From positions 352,001-416,000 of the forward strand of contig CAXXUA010000013.1 of the NCBI GenBank assembly GCA_963663765.2: 64,000 nucleotides of DNA, given 5' to 3'. The DNA comes from Candidatus Poribacteria bacterium. Its GTDB lineage: Bacteria; Poribacteria; WGA-4E; WGA-3G. A program made the position numbers and the translations under genes. Below are positions 60,447 through 64,000 of the stretch, one piece after another (position 1 is the stretch's first letter; each line of letters begins with the position of its first letter). Below the pieces are notes generated by a model. That model did no database searches, had not been told where the DNA came from, and saw only the letters and a list, made by a program, of their open reading frames with translations.

Positions 60447-61562
60447 ATGAAAATTGGTATCGTAGGTCGACCACATACAGGAAAAACAACGGTATTTAAT
60501 GCATTAGCACAGTCTAATGCAGAAATTGGTGGTTATGTCAACAACAAACAGATAAACCTAAGTACTGTTTCAGTAACTGATGAACGTTTGAATACTTTAG
60601 CAGAAATATTCAAATCAAAACAAAGTAAAACTGCAACCATTGATTATTTAGATGGAGGTGGGACTTCTCGGTCAGCAAGACACACTGATGCTGGAGTATT
60701 GAGAAGTGCAGAATTGGATACAAATGTATTGGCTGAACTCCGGACTGTTGATGCACTTGCACATGTCGTTAGACTCTTTGAGGATGATACTGTACCCCAT
60801 GTTGATGGCTCTGTAGATGCTGAACGAGACATTGAATCCATTAGTTTAGAATTCACATTTGCTGACTTAACTGTGATTGAGGGACGTCTTACCCGCCTTG
60901 AGAAACAACTGAAAAATCAGAATACACCTGAGAACCAAAATGAGTATAAGGTATTAGAAGAATGCAAACAAAAACTTGATATGGGGACTCCATTGCGTAC
61001 ACATACATTTTCAGAAAACGAGGAAAAAATGATTCGCGGTTATGGGTTCTTAACACAAAAACCTTTGCTCTTAATTATCAACATCAGTGAAAACCAACTA
61101 ACACAGACAGATGTGATTTTTCAGCAATTTGCAAAGTATGAAACCCATAAACAGACTTCCGTTTTCGTGCTTGCTGCACAATTAGAGATGGAAATTGCGC
61201 AGCTGGATGCTACTGATGCAGACATTTTTGTAAGAGAAATGGGACTGAAAACATCTGCAATGGAGCGCTTTATACAGACATCTTATGAACTCTTGGGATT
61301 AATTACATTTTTTACAGGTGGACCAAAAGAAACAAGAGCAAGGACACTTCGTAAAGGTCAAACCGCCGTTGATGCTGCTGGTATGATACACACGGATTTT
61401 GCATCTGGTTTTATCCGCGCAGAATGTATCAATTGGGAGAACTTAGTCAATTCTGGTAGTTATACAGAAGCTAAAAGTAAAGGATTATTGAGAACTGAAG
61501 GAAAAACATATCAAGTTCAAGAAGGAGATGTCCTAAACATTTTAGCAAATACTTCAAGTTAG
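60447..61562 (+). CDS. ychF: YchF-family ATPase (divergent)
   Basis: MKIGIVG...GKTTVFNAL, HVVR.F, LT.KP, LITFFT.GPKE.RA, AAG.IHTDF..GFIRAE, R.EGK.Y.VQEGD. Confidence 0.85.
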   Translation: MKIGIVGRPHTGKTTVFNALAQSNAEIGGYVNNKQINLSTVSVTDERLNTLAEIFKSKQSKTATIDYLDGGGTSRSARHTDAGVLRSAELDTNVLAELRTVDALAHVVRLFEDDTVPHVDGSVDAERDIESISLEFTFADLTVIEGRLTRLEKQLKNQNTPENQNEYKVLEECKQKLDMGTPLRTHTFSENEEKMIRGYGFLTQKPLLLIINISENQLTQTDVIFQQFAKYETHKQTSVFVLAAQLEMEIAQLDATDADIFVREMGLKTSAMERFIQTSYELLGLITFFTGGPKETRARTLRKGQTAVDAAGMIHTDFASGFIRAECINWENLVNSGSYTEAKSKGLLRTEGKTYQVQEGDVLNILANTSS

Positions 61563-61813
61563 GTATATAATTCTCATTATTCTGTCGAATTTTCTAATGG
61601 TAAACGTGAACCCGTTAATAGTCTTTGCAGAGCAAAATGTTCGTTTGGGTTGCACAGATGCACATACAAAAAGTTTGTGCTACAGTTGATTTTCCTATTT
61701 GATGGGTTTTATATGACAAAATATGAAAACACCTACCTAAGAGAACCACCAATAGCAGTAGAAATTCTTATTGTGATAGGATTTTTAGAAATTAGGATAA
61801 GATATTAATGTCA

Positions 61814-62896
61814 TCAACTCCGACTGGGTAAAAGTGTTTGTCTTAACAGATCCCCAGTGTATATTGCACTTGGAAGTACTTCACACTCCGCCCAACATCC
61901 AGGACACTTATTTACCCAATTTCGTTGTTTCTGAATATCAGCATTATCCCAGAGATCAGCAAACTTATGATCTCTCAGATTTCCAACAGATTTAGTGTTG
62001 AATTGACATGTAGGTACGCGACCATCTGGCAGTATTCGGAGATGTGCGTTCAAGGCGACACATTTTGGATTAGGTGTTCCTTTATCACCAAGTAGCCGAT
62101 TTCGAATTCCGAGTAGATAATACCTTTTGGCAATACGATCCATGAGAGGATAACTCACTAAGTCCTTTTCAATTTCATCAAAAAGCGATTTAAGATGTTC
62201 GTTAGTAAATTCACCAAACGTGGTGAATTCACCAATCTGTGTTGGCGCGACCTCTACTTCTTCTTCCAAATTGTATGTCGCACTAATGTCATACGCCATA
62301 ACAACATTGTTCCGGATACCTAACGGTTTCAAAAAGTGTCTCAATCGTTTGTAATGTTCTACACCTTCAGCATCAACGATTGTCTGGTTTACAGTAAGGT
62401 TCAATCGTAGTTCTTTCTGACGAGGAGCAAGAGATTCTAACGTCTTTACTATGAAATCCCACGCTTTATCATGTCCACGCACTGTGTTGTGTTTGTCTTT
62501 CATTCCATCAACAGAAACAAGCAAACTTAATGGAACAGTTTTTTCTCGATTTTCACAGAAATTTATTATTCGATCAGACAAAAACCCATTTGTTGTTACA
62601 TGTAAGATTAAAGGTTTAAGTTTTTCTTGGACAAGATGTGCAATGTCCAACATATCACGACGAACGAATGGTTCTCCACCTGTTAACCGTACAGCATCCA
62701 TACGGGGTAATTGATTAAATATATCTTCTATTTCTTGTAAGTCTAAATCGTTTGGTGAAGGTTTACGCCAAGAATCGCACATAATGCATCGTGCATTGCA
62801 TGAAAAAGTAACGGTATATGTCAAGAATCGAGGTAATGTTTTCATCCGTTGTTTTGCACGCCAAACAGTAGCAAAATACGATAGAATGCGATTCAT
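61814..62896 (-). CDS. radical SAM protein with SPASM/twitch domain
   Basis: CNARCIMC, LTGGEPF, TTNG, SVDG...H..VRG, C...I.PDG.V..C, CPGC...C. Confidence 0.88.
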   Translation of the reverse strand: MNRILSYFATVWRAKQRMKTLPRFLTYTVTFSCNARCIMCDSWRKPSPNDLDLQEIEDIFNQLPRMDAVRLTGGEPFVRRDMLDIAHLVQEKLKPLILHVTTNGFLSDRIINFCENREKTVPLSLLVSVDGMKDKHNTVRGHDKAWDFIVKTLESLAPRQKELRLNLTVNQTIVDAEGVEHYKRLRHFLKPLGIRNNVVMAYDISATYNLEEEVEVAPTQIGEFTTFGEFTNEHLKSLFDEIEKDLVSYPLMDRIAKRYYLLGIRNRLLGDKGTPNPKCVALNAHLRILPDGRVPTCQFNTKSVGNLRDHKFADLWDNADIQKQRNWVNKCPGCWAECEVLPSAIYTGDLLRQTLLPSRS

Positions 62897-62963
62897 AGAT
62901 TTTTCCTTTTATTCAGTGTTCTATGCGGTACCCAAAAGCATTCAATTGTCACAATATATCTTT

Positions 62964-63030
62964 GTAGGAGGGGTTTGTAAACCCGATTTGTTATGCTGGT
63001 TCTCTGAAATCGGGGTTACAAACCTCTCCC
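62964..63030. repeat. GTAG-type REP-like inverted pair
   Basis: gtaggaggggtttgtaaacccgattt ... aaatcggggttacaaacctctcc. Confidence 0.7.
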
Positions 63031-63160
63031 TCAAGAGTGTATTTCAGACGAATGAATGTCTTTGTCATAACACTTGTTTTGCTTGTAAGTTATTGGTATA
63101 AGTGTTAAAATAGTCCTCACTCTTGCAAGTATAATTATCATAAAATATAAAAGCGAAAAT

Positions 63161-64000
63161 ATGAACTTTGACCCAATAAAATTAGAATTATATAAGAATA
63201 TATTAACCTCAGTATCGGAAGAGATGGGTGTTACTTTACAACGCACTGCTTTTTCACCCAATATAAAGGAACGACTTGATTTTTCATGTGCTGTTTTTGA
63301 TTCAACTGGACAGATGATTGCGCAGGCTGCACATATACCTGTTCATCTGGGATCAATGCCGCTATCTGTATTAGCTGCTATTGAACACACCGATATGGAA
63401 CGCGGAGATATGATTATCCTAAACGATCCGTATCGTGGTGGAACACACTTGCCAGATATAACTTTAGTAGCACCTGTGTTTGGTGAAAAAACATCAAAAA
63501 TACCATCGTTTTATGTTGCAAATCGTGCGCATCATGCGGATGTCGGAGGAATGACTCCTGGTTCCATGCCCTTATCTACAAGCGTAATTCAGGAAGGTAT
63601 TCGAATTCCACCTGTAAAACTCGTTAGAAGAGGAAAATTGGACATTGATCTGTGGGAATTAATCCTTGCAAATGTGCGGACTCCAACTGAACGCAAAGGT
63701 GATATGGAGGCGCAGCTTGCAGCAAACCGAATAGGGGAACGTAGATTGCAAGAAATCGTAGCAAAATACGGTATCACTGAGATTCAAACGTATATGCAGG
63801 AACTTTGCAACTATTCCTGCAGAATGGTTCAGTCATTTTTACGTGAGATTCCTGATGGTATTTATACTTATTTTGATTTCATGGATAACGACGGTATTAC
63901 TGATAACTCAATAGAAATATGTGTTGCAATTGAAATCAATGGTGACTCCGCTGTTGTTGACTTTACGGGTACATCGGAGCAGGTGAAAGGTTCAGTAAAT
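63161..64000 (+). CDS. hydantoinase B / 5-oxoprolinase family protein (truncated by window end)
   Basis: hand translation MNFDPIKLE...EEMGVTLQRTAFSPNIKERLDFSCA...HIPVHLGSM...NDPYRGGTHLPD...AHHADVGG. Confidence 0.9.
   Translation, partial: MNFDPIKLELYKNILTSVSEEMGVTLQRTAFSPNIKERLDFSCAVFDSTGQMIAQAAHIPVHLGSMPLSVLAAIEHTDMERGDMIILNDPYRGGTHLPDITLVAPVFGEKTSKIPSFYVANRAHHADVGGMTPGSMPLSTSVIQEGIRIPPVKLVRRGKLDIDLWELILANVRTPTERKGDMEAQLAANRIGERRLQEIVAKYGITEIQTYMQELCNYSCRMVQSFLREIPDGIYTYFDFMDNDGITDNSIEICVAIEINGDSAVVDFTGTSEQVKGSVN

Overview
AT-rich bacterial chromosome segment. It is probably Candidatus Poribacteria or a relative; this is inferred from LamG proteins ending in the 'AVE..GK.A.TWGQLK' motif, abundant WD40/LVIVD/dockerin-like proteins and an ECF sigma factor with a C-terminal fusion. 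Housekeeping genes (livGF, lgt, obgE-proB-proA, nfo, acetolactate synthase, mtnA, leuS, rnj, leuC/leuD/leuB, ychF) are interspersed with secreted repeat proteins, an ISKra4-family IS, MITEs, many GTAG-type REP-like palindromes, two tandem arrays and decayed toxin-antitoxin genes. Standout observations: (1) one ORF fusing a complete ECF sigma factor to an FtsZ/tubulin-family GTPase, with a candidate internal ribosome-binding site at the junction; (2) a cobalamin riboswitch controlling an unannotated three-gene operon (beta-propeller plus dockerin-like, extracytoplasmic domain plus ECF S-component-like, beta-propeller) that looks like an uncharacterised cobamide uptake system; (3) a cold-shock domain fused to two Hfq/Sm-like domains. 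No rRNA, tRNA or CRISPR array was found. All family assignments come from motif recognition by eye, not from database searches.
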